This document shows, in pieces, positions 53,149-64,000 of a stretch of DNA of 64,000 nucleotides. A model generated the notes under the pieces. It searched no databases. It was not told the origin of the DNA and was given only the letters and a program-made list of their open reading frames with translations. The DNA comes from Octopus bimaculoides (taxonomy: Eukaryota): assembly GCF_001194135.2 (NCBI RefSeq), contig NC_068994.1:39986264-40050263 (forward strand), given 5' to 3'. Position 1 is the first letter of the stretch, and every line of letters starts with the position of its first letter. Both the position numbers and the translations under genes were made by a program.

Positions 53149-53574
53149 TTTACAAAGTGTTATAACATTCAAACTTTCCATTTAACTTCGAAACTTCTCA
53201 TCAAATATGGATTTTTCTAATTGACATATTTGTCATTACCATAATTATTTGGATATTTTCTTTAATCAGAGTCATAAAAGGTAAACTTTATAGAAAGTTT
53301 AACCTCATTACCAACTCATTATCTAATCTCATGATTAGGGGGTAAAAAAAAAACAACAAAAAAAAAAACACCTAATTTTTGGCTTGAAAGCTACACAAGA
53401 AAATGACATGTTCAATTTTCACATAGGAAAGAGGCTTTGAGAACTTTATCATATATGTAATGCAAGCATAATTATTCCCTTAACACTAATCTATGTTAGA
53501 CAATCGCTTTCATGTTAATAATTATTGTGAAATTAGAAACAATTAGGAAAATTAGCACAACATTCAAGGTAGTC

Positions 53575-53580
53575 TTTATT
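53575..53580 (-). terminator. Candidate intronic polyadenylation signal AATAAA
   Basis: The + strand TTTATT reads AATAAA on the gene strand, 28 nt after the read-through stop (53608-53610). It is followed on the minus strand by TGTTGTG and a T-rich tract. AT-rich DNA makes a chance occurrence possible. Confidence 0.4.
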
Positions 53581-53634
53581 GTAATTTACAGCACATCAAA
53601 AGCAAATTTACAATAATGTAGAAATTATAATTAC

Positions 53635-55959
53635 CTGATGAGTTCCTTTAGTAAATGGCTGGGAATGAATTTCCATAGTTGAGTCTCTTCCTTTCTGACT
53701 AAGCTCATGTTTGGATGATGGTTGTGTTGCACAAAAGTATTCTGACTGTCTGCTGCAATTCATTAGTTGTTTTGGTGGAACTGCTCCACACTGATACGGA
53801 GTGCTCCTTTGGTTTTTTCTCCTGACAATGCATATGGTAATTGAAACAACCACTAACACTGATACTGTCACAGCTGCCACTATGATTATGATGAATAAAT
53901 TGATGTGTATTTTATCGTCAGACTGAAACTGCACTGCTGTCAGTTTAGTTGATGTTTTGTTACTGACAGTCAGAGTTAAGGATAATGTAGTAGTAGCTGA
54001 TAAAACAGGGACACCACTGTCTTTCACTTTAAGTAGAAGATCATACGATCCAGCATCATTTTGGTAAACAATCCGTGAAAAAGACAGCACACCTGTGTAT
54101 GGATTGACAGAAAATAAATTTTTACCATTCCCTCCAAATATTTCAAACTTAATGAAAGAATTTTGCCGGCTATCCCTATCAGAGGCTCTCAGAACTGTTA
54201 TGTCATTTTTGCTTTGTGGTTGATAGAAGACATCAAGGCTAAAAGGGTCGAAGCTGGGAAATGTAAAATACGGTGCATTGTCATTTTCATCCATAACTTC
54301 GATAACTATATTTGCTGTGCTACTCAGAGATGGAGTTCCATTATCTTTGGCCAAAACTTTGAATTTATAAACTTCTTGCTGTTCACGATCTAATGATTGA
54401 GTAGTTGAAATAAATCCAAAATCAGATATTTTAAAAGGTAATGCAAATTTAATGTTAGAAAAAAGAAAATACGTAAGCTGACTACCTGATCCAAGATCAG
54501 AGTCAGTAACGTTAATAAAACCAACAGGAAAGTTAGGCATTTCGTTTTCATATGTTAAAAATTTGAATGTTTCTTTTGTGAATTGTGGTTTTACATCATT
54601 AACATCAGTTACTTTGAGAGAAAACTCATGTTCCATTTTCAAAGAAGGAGTCCCTCTGTCACTGCAAGTTATTGTGAAATTTATTCTACTTTCCCTTTCT
54701 CGATCAACAGTCTGCTTTACTGATACTTTGTATCTCTTCTGACCAAGACTCTGAAGAGTGAACTTATTATGCTGGAGGTCACATGTCACTTGTCCATTCA
54801 AACCAATATCATTGTCGACAACTTTCACATATGCAATGAAGCTGCCAACTTCCATTGCTTCAGATATTGTTGCTGTGTTTCCAGTTAATTCTGAAAAATT
54901 TACTTCAATCACTGGAGCATTGTTTTGTTTATTGATAATATTTACCACAACTGGTACAACAGAGCTCAGAGGAGGACTGCCATTATCTCTGGCTTCAATA
55001 AATAGTTTATAAGTTTGTTTCTTTTCTGGTTTAAATTTTTTGCGAAGAAAGATTTCTCCAGTATTTTTATTTATTTCAAAAAACGATTTTGCTCTATCAG
55101 ATGTCATGGAACTAAAATAGTATGATACATTTCCATTTTTACCTGAATCTAAATCAGTAGCTGACAAGATAAGAACTGGTATCTCTTTTGCTTGTCTGTT
55201 ATTCACTGTAATATTGTAAATGTCTTGAGAAAATATTGGTGGATTATCATTTTCATCTGTAACTGATATTTGAACGTTCAAAATACCATGTTTTGATGGA
55301 GTCCCTCCATCTTTACCAATTACCTGCAACTCATATGTGTCTTTAACTTCTCTGTCTAACTCCCTTTTTAAAATTATTCCAAGTGAATAAGAGCCATCAA
55401 CTCTCCTGGAAACTGCTAATGTAAATGGATCATCCTCATTTTTTATTAATTCATAGGTGATCTGTGAATTTATGATACTAACATCTTTGTCGACAGCATG
55501 TGGAATTGATTTTTTTGTTCCTTTCCTATCTGTTTCAGCAAAATGAAGACTGACTACTTTTTCAAGAAACTCTGGTTGATGGTCATTAATATCTTCAATT
55601 CTTACTTTGATTTCAAGTACCATGAGGAATGATTTTCCTGTACGCACTGCAATATCCACCATTTTGAAACATTTAACATTATATTTACAGAGAGTCTCAG
55701 CATCTAATATCTTGGCAGTATACAGTTCTCCTCTTTTAGAAACATTAAACAACTGGGAACTGCTTCCTGTTCCTTTTTCTAGTTGGCTGAATTTGATTAT
55801 ACTGTGCTCTTTCGATGAGATATTATCCATTAGATGTGTATCAATAGCAACATTACCTAGCAATGTACCAGGACTTTCACCTTCCCTGATGTGGTAGGTA
55901 AAATCCTCACAGATACAGGTGTGTAGATAAATCAATATGACACATATGTGTGTCAACAT
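53635..55959 (-). CDS. Pcdh: Protocadherin large exon: signal peptide, six cadherin (EC) repeats, TM helix and juxtamembrane tail (775 aa)
   Basis: Signal peptide MLTHICVILIYLHTCIC. Repeats end in DINDHQPEF, DENDNPPIF, NKQNNAPVI, DVNDVKPQF and DENDNAPYF, with LDRE/DxD/DxGxP motifs and an EC1 C-X5-C. TM is about aa 688-712, followed by RRK. There is an in-frame upstream stop, an acceptor TTTCCATTGCAG| at 56009 and a phase-0 donor CAG|GTAATT at 53635. The ORF reads through 8 more codons to TAA at 53608. The symbol is family-level only. Confidence 0.97.
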
Positions 55960-56009
55960 GTCACCAGGATTGAGTGTAAGACCGATTCAGTGAAAAAGAT
56001 CAATAAAAC
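55960..56009 (-). other. 5' UTR part of the large protocadherin exon; implies at least one upstream non-coding exon
   Basis: Minus-strand polypyrimidine tract TTTTTTTTTGTTTCCATTGCAG with the AG at 56011-56010, 50 nt before the ATG. Confidence 0.7.
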
Positions 56010-57864
56010 CTGCAATGGAAACAAAAAAAAACCTTTTTCACAAAGACATAATATAAACTGATTTCACTGCATGACTTAACAAAAATGTTCTTTAACATTA
56101 AATAAATCAAAACAAAACACTTCAAAAAAAAAAAATGTCTCCCTATAAAACCGAAATAATTCTCGCAATTTCAAATTTCACAAGAATTTGATCTATAAAA
56201 TATGAATAGGAAATATTCCTAGTGAACAATAGCAGCAAGATATATATTTCAAACTGCAATAAAATAAAACAGTCAATGATGTGAAATGGAAGATTTAGAG
56301 GAAATGCAAGAAAGCAGCAGATATTCATATTTCTCTCTGTAATAGAGTAAAATCCCAAGATTACTTATTCTTATCCCTTGGTTTAATTTATTTCTTTCAA
56401 AACAACAATGATACAAGTCATGTATCAGAAGCACACGAGAGAACTCACTCAATATCATAGCAATGATACTGAGCAACAACTGTTAACTGAATATAACAAA
56501 AAAAGGAAAAAGAAAAGAGAGAAAACACAATAGCTCAAACATGTAAATCTGCAGTGATTATTACTGGATCAAGTTCAGGCATTTTTGCTTCTTCACTAAT
56601 AACTAGGTGGGAAGGAGAGCAAAAGCTATTCACGATATATTTTCTGCACTGACATGCAATGTTTTCTTTAATATTGTTTTACCTTCTTCAGCAGGCTACC
56701 AGCCAGCCAGCCAACCAGCCAGCCAGAATGGTTATGCTTGATATTATGTATTTCCAAACATGAGACATGTATATTGATTACTATCATACTGCATTTAGAA
56801 AAGAATTTATTCTGGTCACATTTAAAGATTTTGGGAAACTGCACTTCCAACACTTCATTCTCACAGCATCTGAAAGTTTTATCATTCTTTAACCATATAG
56901 AGTTTTTCATGGAATATTATTTGTTTTGTTATGTTTTTTTTTTGTTTCTTTTTTGTAAGGTTAAAACTAACACCTTAAAATATGAGAGTGATTGGCAAGT
57001 AGAGTTTGTTGCTGGAATGCTTGAGTGACTGAGAGAATAAAAAGCCATTTTAATACTGAGAGAAATGGTTTGCAAAAGTTAATATAGGTGATCTCCAGAA
57101 TTTGATATAAAATACAACTATGCTATGAGAATACATCAATAATTTGAACAACTAACAAATAAATATCCACAGAATTAATGTTTTTATTTTATTTTCATGG
57201 TAATGGGAGAAAGACTTAAGATAATGGTTTGGTTTACAAAATTTTATAAATAAAATTTATTGCACACAATAGTGAATAAACATGAAATATAATGGTATTT
57301 TGTATATAAACTAAAATAGCTGAAGTACTAAGTTAGTACAAACGAACATGTAAATATCTATCTATCTGTCTATCTGTCTGTCATTCTATATATATATATT
57401 TATGTATATATGTATGTATGTATGTATGTGCGTAGGTGGTTGTGATTGCATATGCATACTGTCTGACTCTCCATCGGTTGCAACATGTGTTTCAGTTCAT
57501 ATAAAGAACTGAACAGCTTGTTCATGAAATTAACATGTAAGTGGCTGAGTACTCCACAGACACACATACCTTTAATGTAGCTCCCATGAAAATGCAGAGT
57601 ATGACAAGGATGGCCCTTTGAACAACAGATATAACTCATTTTTTGCCAGCTACTACATCACCAACACTGAGGTTCTCAAGCGAGTAAAGATCACCAGCCT
57701 GGAAGCCATTTTATTTGAGACATGACTATGTTGGGCAGGAAACGTTGACTGGATGTGTGTATATATATATATATAGTTATATATAAACATATATATATAT
57801 AGTTATATATATTGATATGTATGTAAATATGTTTGTATATATGTGTGTTTATGCTTGTGTGGTG

Positions 57865-58253
57865 AAAGACCACTGCCTACCCAAGATCATTATGTACGGT
57901 GAGCTCACCACTGGCCACTGTAACAGGGGGCACTAAAGAAGAATCACAAGGACTGCCTGAAGCAGTCCCTTAATGTTGTGACATTGATTATCATGAATGG
58001 TCCAATCTAACAGCTGACCATGCTGCTTGGCGGCATACCATCAGTGGTGCTGTTTCCTACTTTGAGATATCTCACACTGTCTCTCTTGAAGACAAACATC
58101 AGAGGTGAAAAAAAAATACATCATCAAACCCAGGGCATTCTATCATCATTGCAATTGGATGTCGATCTTACATCAGCCTTATCAGCCACAAATGAGTGAG
58201 CAGACATGGACAACAGCCTTCCTAATCTTCATTAGTGAAACCAAGCCAAGATA
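57865..58253 (+). mobile_element. 5'-truncated RTE (BovB-like) LINE 3' end
   Basis: Interrupted frames read DHCLPKIIMYGELTTGH.NRG...KDCLKQSL...WSNLTADHAAWRHTI...HCNWM.RSYISLISHK (RTE C-terminal C2H2 finger). The end is TAATCTTCATTAGTGAAACCAAGCCAAGA. Confidence 0.8.
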
Positions 58254-58383
58254 TACATATGTATATATACACATATATATATGATGGATACGTGCATACA
58301 TACACACACATATGTATATATACACATATATATATACACACATATATATACATATATACACACATGCACATACACACATGCAC

Positions 58384-58426
<43 letters not shown>

Positions 58427-58627
58427 TATACATACAGAGACACATACATAGTGTGTATATGTATGTATCTATCATACATATCACATATTATTGTATGAGT
58501 ATATATATATATATATATAGATAGATAAATAGATAGATATATAATATATATATATAATTATATGTATATTGATATGTATGTAAATATATTTGTATATATG
58601 TATGTTTATGCTTGTGTGGTGTGCATG

Positions 58628-58678
<51 letters not shown>

Positions 58679-58682
58679 TTAA

Positions 58683-58713
<31 letters not shown>

Positions 58714-59225
58714 TGTATATTTTGTTATATATATCTATGTGGTGTGAGTGTGTATGTATTCATGCATATAGATGATGATGATGATGATGATTAGGATGAT
58801 GAGGATGATGATGAGCATTTATTTCTTCATTCAACTGAACTACAGCCTCATTAAATTAATGTTTAAGCTGACATAATTCACAGGCTTAATCACAATGACA
58901 CATTGTGTGACAAGGCTGGACACTTCAATTACAAGTACAAATCACTGAATAGGCTACATGACATCTTGCACTTACTCAGTTTCACTTAAAAGACATGGCT
59001 CAGACTGAATGTATTTGGCTAAATGACATGTGCACAAGATATTGTGCTGTCAGATGAAACCCAAGACCTCACGATAGGGAACCAAAAGTTTATCTATACA
59101 GTAAGTTATACAAACATCCACGTGTGCACACACGGACACACATGCACACACATAAAACAGGCTAGAGTAAGAGAGAGAGGGATATATATATGTCTCTCTG
59201 ATATATATATATATATATATATATA

Positions 59226-60659
59226 CTAGCAGATATACCCGGCTTTGCCCGGGTTAAAGAGAATAATGAAATCTAAAAACGTCGTCTAGACTACGCAACC
59301 CTCAACTGTTAGTAGCAACTGTTAGTAGCAACTGTTAGTAGCTAGTATTTCTACATTAATAACTCTCCAATGCATGCCAGCATGGAACATCGTCATTAAG
59401 TAGAATGCCAGTCTCTCATCTAGGAGGGCCTTGAAATCAATGTTACCAACTGGGGACTATGTGTGTCGTAGTGATAATAAAAAGACCCAAAGGAGGTCTG
59501 CAACGAAATAATTTTACTCAACACTTTGCAAGTGAATCAGTGGAGGCAAAGATGCGTCTCATTTACTTGACAATTTATGCACCACATTGTAGAAATCACA
59601 ATGAAAGTATATCTGAAAGGGTAGTCTTACGCTGTTGTACCGTTGAATTACAAATAATGCTCATCTGTTATGTTCAGGTTAAAATTTCATCAACATCAAA
59701 AATATATGAATTTTCCTGGGAGTTATGGCCGTTATACANNNNNNNNNNNNNNNNNNNNNNNNNNNNNNNNNNNNNNNNNNNNNNNNNNNNNNNNNNNNNN
59801 NNNNNNNNNNNNNNNNNNNNNNNNNNNNNNNNNNNNNNNNNNNNNNNNNNNNNNNNNNNNNNNNNNNNNNNNNNNNNNNNNNNNNNNNNNNNNNNNNNNN
59901 NNNNNNNNNNNNNNNNNNNNNNNNNNNNNNNNNNNNNNNNNNNNNNNNNNNNNNNNNNNNNNNNNNNNNNNNNNNNNNNNNNNNNNNNNNNNNNNNNNNN
60001 NNNNNNNNNNNNNNNNNNNNNNNNNNNNNNNNNNNNNNNNNNNNNNNNNNNNNNNNNNNNNNNNNNNNNNNNNNNNNNNNNNNNNNNNNNNNNNNNNNNN
60101 NNNNNNNNNNNNNNNNNNNNNNNNNNNNNNNNNNNNNNNNNNNNNNNNNNNNNNNNNNNNNNNNNNNNNNNNNNNNNNNNNNNNNNNNNNNNNNNNNNNN
60201 NNNNNNNNNNNNNNNNNNNNNNNNNNNNNNNNNNNNNNNNNNNNNNNNNNNNNNNNNNNNNNNNNNNNNNNNNNNNNNNNNNNNNNNNNNNNNNNNNNNN
60301 NNNNNNNNNNTCTTTCTCTCTCTTTCTCTCTCTGAAAGTATCTGTCATTACAGTATCGAAATGTGATTGTTTCAGTTAGTAGAATAATTTTTTTTTTAAA
60401 GTGAAAGTATTTGACATGAGTGTTTTTGTTTCACTTTTGACACGTAACACTTAGTGGAGAGGATATTATGTTGCTGTGGGATCGAACTCTACAAGAAGTT
60501 AAAATTTTTTTGACTAAAACACAACTGGAACCCTAAGTAAGGCATCTGTAAAATTTGAATGAAATTGGTTGCGTAGTTCTCGAGTTTTAGGGATTCACAC
60601 ACACAGACAGACAGACAGGCAGACAGACAGACACACATTCTCATTTTTATATATATAGA
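59226..60659 (-). mobile_element. Non-autonomous Helitron with intact termini (central N gap)
   Basis: The minus strand starts A|TCTATATATATAAAAATGAGAATGTGTGTCTGTC.. and ends ..ACCCGG-GCAAAG-CCGGGT-ATATCTG-CTAG|T. This gives a 5' TC, a 6-bp GC hairpin 7 nt before the 3' CTAG, insertion between A and T, and no TSD. Confidence 0.88.
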
Positions 60660-60779
60660 TATATGCCTTTACGTATTTATATATGTGTATGTGTATTTAT
60701 GTAATATACATACACACACAAACACATGTTATATATGTACATGTGTGTGTTTGTGTGTATTTGCATGTGNNNNNNNNNN

Positions 60780-60818
<39 letters not shown>

Positions 60819-61196
60819 TAATTGAGTGTACCTTATTGATATCGTTATTTATAAAATATACTATTTTGTATCAGTTTTTCTATGGGTTTTATACAAGGGT
60901 TGAGATAACTCTAGCAATCATCAGAAAAGACTTCCTTATGATTACCAAGAACATCTTAAATGCAGTATGAAACTGACTGATATCAGAATATATTATTGTA
61001 TTTTATCAAGAATAATATACCCTCTCTTGTAATGAATATATGAGTGGTTGTATTTTTCATGCCTCATGGATTTTTCAACAACTACGTATATACAGAAGTC
61101 ATCCTATTGCACTTAAATATAGCTTACTTTACAACATAGTGACAAGACCTGAAGAAGGGAACCACAACTGGCTGCAAACTTTCCATAATTCTTTAG

Positions 61197-61237
<41 letters not shown>

Positions 61238-61444
61238 CAAGACTTGCGGAATGGAGTAGGAAAAATCTGGGTTACATGTTTCATAGCAAGTGGAACCTCA
61301 GAAGTGATAAAATCCCAAACGAGGTGTATACCACCAGCTACTCTTCAGACCAAGGATATCTTGATTAGATCATAGGCTACAGTGTCACAAGGAAGTACAT
61401 GTTGATGCAAAGAGAATTCAGTTAGAATGTGTGTGTGTGTGTGA

Positions 61445-61475
<31 letters not shown>

Positions 61476-61994
61476 CACATACACACACGTGTGCGTGTAC
61501 ACAAACACACATGCAGAGGCATGGCTAAGTAGTTGAGAAGTTCCCTTCACAACAAATAGTTTTAGGTCCAGACTTCACATTGGAAAAGTGTCTCCTATAA
61601 AACATGAGGCTGATCAAGTCCTTGTGAGCGGATTTGAAACTGATACAGAAAACCTCTCATATATGCACACACATGCACACATATATGTATATGCATGCGT
61701 TTGTGTATGAGAACATTAGTATATTTGTTTATATAAGTGCTTCTCCTAAATAACTGAGGTACAAGGAATGATGGTGACGTCAATTGCCATGTTATCATAT
61801 GTCAGCCTTGTGCTTTCAAAGTTGTGAAAAATTAGAGATACCTCCCATTTCGAAAATCAAGAAAGAGTTGGCAACATAAAACACATCTGATAATAAAACA
61901 AGGTTTCAGTAACATACTCATCTAACTCATGCTGACAGGAGCTAAGGCTGTAGAAATGAACAAACTAATACATTTTCACACAAACACATATATA

Positions 61995-62830
61995 CAGGGT
62001 GTGATGGGTAAACTGTGGCCATTTTATATTTTTAATTTCGTGCATGCATATTGTCTGTTCTTGATTTTGTCAACTACACAGTATAGTAGGGTCAGTTGGG
62101 CACTGTCTGTGAGAAAAACAGCACCATGATGCAATTCACTCTGCCAGAGATTTGGAAACGTCATGCTGTACTGCTTGGCATTCACATCAGAAGATCCAAT
62201 ATGAACATTTCACAGTGTTTGGGTGTCAATCTGAGGTCAGAGCAATCTGAGAACATGTACCGAGAGAAATCAAAATCAAACATCCAGTCAACATCATGGT
62301 GTTAAGAGTGATCACTAGTGATGGCAATGTTATGCTTCCATTCATCTTGGCACACAGCCTCACACTCAACAGGGAGGTCTACATTAATTGCCTAGAAGAG
62401 GTAGTGCTACCCTGGGTCAAGAGGGTGGTTGCTGGGAGACCTTATGTTTGGCAATAGGACTCTGCACCATGCCACACAAGCGAGGAGGAGAACCCAGTCA
62501 TGGTTGTCAGACAGTTTCTGTAACCATATCACCCCCAGTCACTTAACTCCCTAGACTGCAACCCCTTCATTATTATGTGTGGGGAGCAGTTGAGTGAGAG
62601 ACCATCCTTGTAACACCAAAGATGAACTGAAGGCAAGGATTATGGCAGCATTCACCAACTTAAACAAAGAAACCATCTAGAAGAGATGCAGGAGTCTCTA
62701 AAGTTGTGTGGAGGCCATCGTAGTTCAAGATACTTTTATGTAATTTTGGTATATATATCTGTTAAAATGAGATGTCAGTATTATTTTCATTTCTGTATAA
62801 TTTAGATGACAGTTTATTCACCACACCCTG
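61995..62830 (+). mobile_element. Internally deleted Tc1/mariner-superfamily element (maT/DD37D-like)
   Basis: TIRs CAGGGTGTGATGGGTAAACTGT / (reverse complement) CAGGGTGTGGTGAATAAACTGT with TA on both sides. Remnants read HPVNIMVLRVITSDG, VLPWVKRVVAGRPYVWQ*DSAPCHTS and SLDCNPLHYYVWGAVE (from SPDCNPLDY). Confidence 0.85.
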
Positions 62831-63159
62831 TATATGTGTGTATGCATGTATGTATGTATGTATTTATGCATGTATGTGTATATATATATATGTGTGTGCA
62901 TGCATGTAGGCATGCATGCATGTAGGCATGCATGCATGTATGTATGGGTATATATATGTATATGTCTATCTGTGTGTATATATATATAAATATATATATA
63001 TTTGTATTTCTTTACTGTGGAAATGCGTTTTACATTTCAGCATTCTGAATTTAACCATTTCAAATTTCTTTTTATAATTTCAATTAGAGAAAGCAATTAA
63101 AGTTTATCATCTATGATGACAATAAGAACACTGTACATGTATGATCCTGTCTGCATTCT

Positions 63160-63191
<32 letters not shown>

Positions 63192-63249
63192 TATACATAT
63201 AGATGTGCATACATATATGTGCTAGCATAATATATAGTACTGTGTTCCC

Positions 63250-63425
63250 TGGAGTGCAGCTCTCACAACAAGAATTGTTCAGAGAAACTAAAGAGAAGAG
63301 GACTGTATGACAAGCAACAGTCCAGCTGGGCCCTAATTCTTCGATTGCATACCCTCACTGTGACCAGGAAATTTATGCGAATATTGGCCTGATAAATCAA
63401 CTCAGGACCCACAAAGTGAAGGGTG
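63250..63425 (+). mobile_element. RTE LINE ORF-end fragment with a C2H2 zinc-finger remnant
   Basis: One frame reads SIAYPHCDQEIYANIGLINQLRTHK, matching RTE 'CPHC...F.A.IGL..HLRTH'. Confidence 0.7.
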
Positions 63426-63515
63426 AAATATATGTGTGTGTGTGTGTTTATATATATATATATATACTTACATACACTCACACACACACACTCACATATA
63501 TATTCCCATGATTTA

Positions 63516-63553
<38 letters not shown>

Positions 63554-63903
63554 NNNNNNNNNNNNNNNNNNNNNNNNNNNNNNNNNNNNNNNNNNNNNNN
63601 NNNNNNNNNNNNNNNNNNNNNNNNNNNNNNNNNNNNNNNNNNNNNNNNNNNNNNNNNNNNNNNNNNNNNNNNNNNNNNNNNNNNNNNNNNNNNNNNNNNN
63701 NNNNNNNNNNNNNNNNNNNNNNNNNNNNNNNNNNNNNNNNNNNNNNNNNNNNNNNNNNNNNNNNNNNNNNNNNNNNNNNNNNNNNNNNNNNNNNNNNNNN
63801 NNNNNNNNNNNNNNNNNNNNNNNNNNNNNNNNNNNNNNNNNNNNNNNNNNNNNNNNNNNNNNNNNNNNNNNNNNNNNNNNNNNNNNNNNNNNNNNNNNNN
63901 NNN

Positions 63904-63950
<47 letters not shown>

Positions 63951-64000
63951 TCATGTATATGTATGAGTGTATTAATATATACATATACATATTCATACAT

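Noticed and set aside
53635-53820. WIRS (WAVE-binding) or canonical PDZ-binding motif in the predicted tail
   Set aside because: I found no hydrophobic-x-T/S-F motif in the assembled tail, and the predicted end SLQFL does not fit class I or II PDZ consensus.
54163-55897. Three + strand ORFs (54163, 54758, 55607)
   Set aside because: They are short antisense shadows of the protocadherin CDS with no independent motifs.
56681-56730. Candidate upstream 5' UTR exon ending at donor AAG|GTAAAA (56683)
   Set aside because: A donor-like word alone is not enough. The adjacent sequence is a (CCAG)n repeat and no promoter or acceptor can be supported; this needs RNA data.

Overview
AT-rich, microsatellite-saturated eukaryotic DNA with many N gaps, nearly all flanked by (TA)n/(CA)n/(TC)n runs. 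The repeat families and gene type suggest a coleoid cephalopod, probably Octopus (inference). Only one host gene is supported: a minus-strand protocadherin. One large exon (coding 55959-53635) encodes a signal peptide, six cadherin repeats, a transmembrane helix and a juxtamembrane tail. I also find a 163-nt in-frame cytoplasmic exon (45757-45595) and a probable terminal exon (43415-43375) that are absent from the ORF track; together they predict a protein of about 842 aa. The rest is transposon debris: Tc1/mariner relics, a hAT MITE, RTE LINE fragments and many RTE 3' tails, a Penelope-like fragment, a Helitron with intact termini, tRNA-derived SINEs, a foldback element, an old 34-bp minisatellite and simple repeats. 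Almost all other ORFs in the track are microsatellite or N-gap artefacts. I see no wholly new biological system. The best leads are in the protocadherin: a possible variable-exon/constant-exon layout, an intronic poly(A) short isoform, tandem acceptors at the last exon, and an EC3-EC4 linker lacking its Ca2+ ligands. Transposon family names come from recognised motifs, not database searches.
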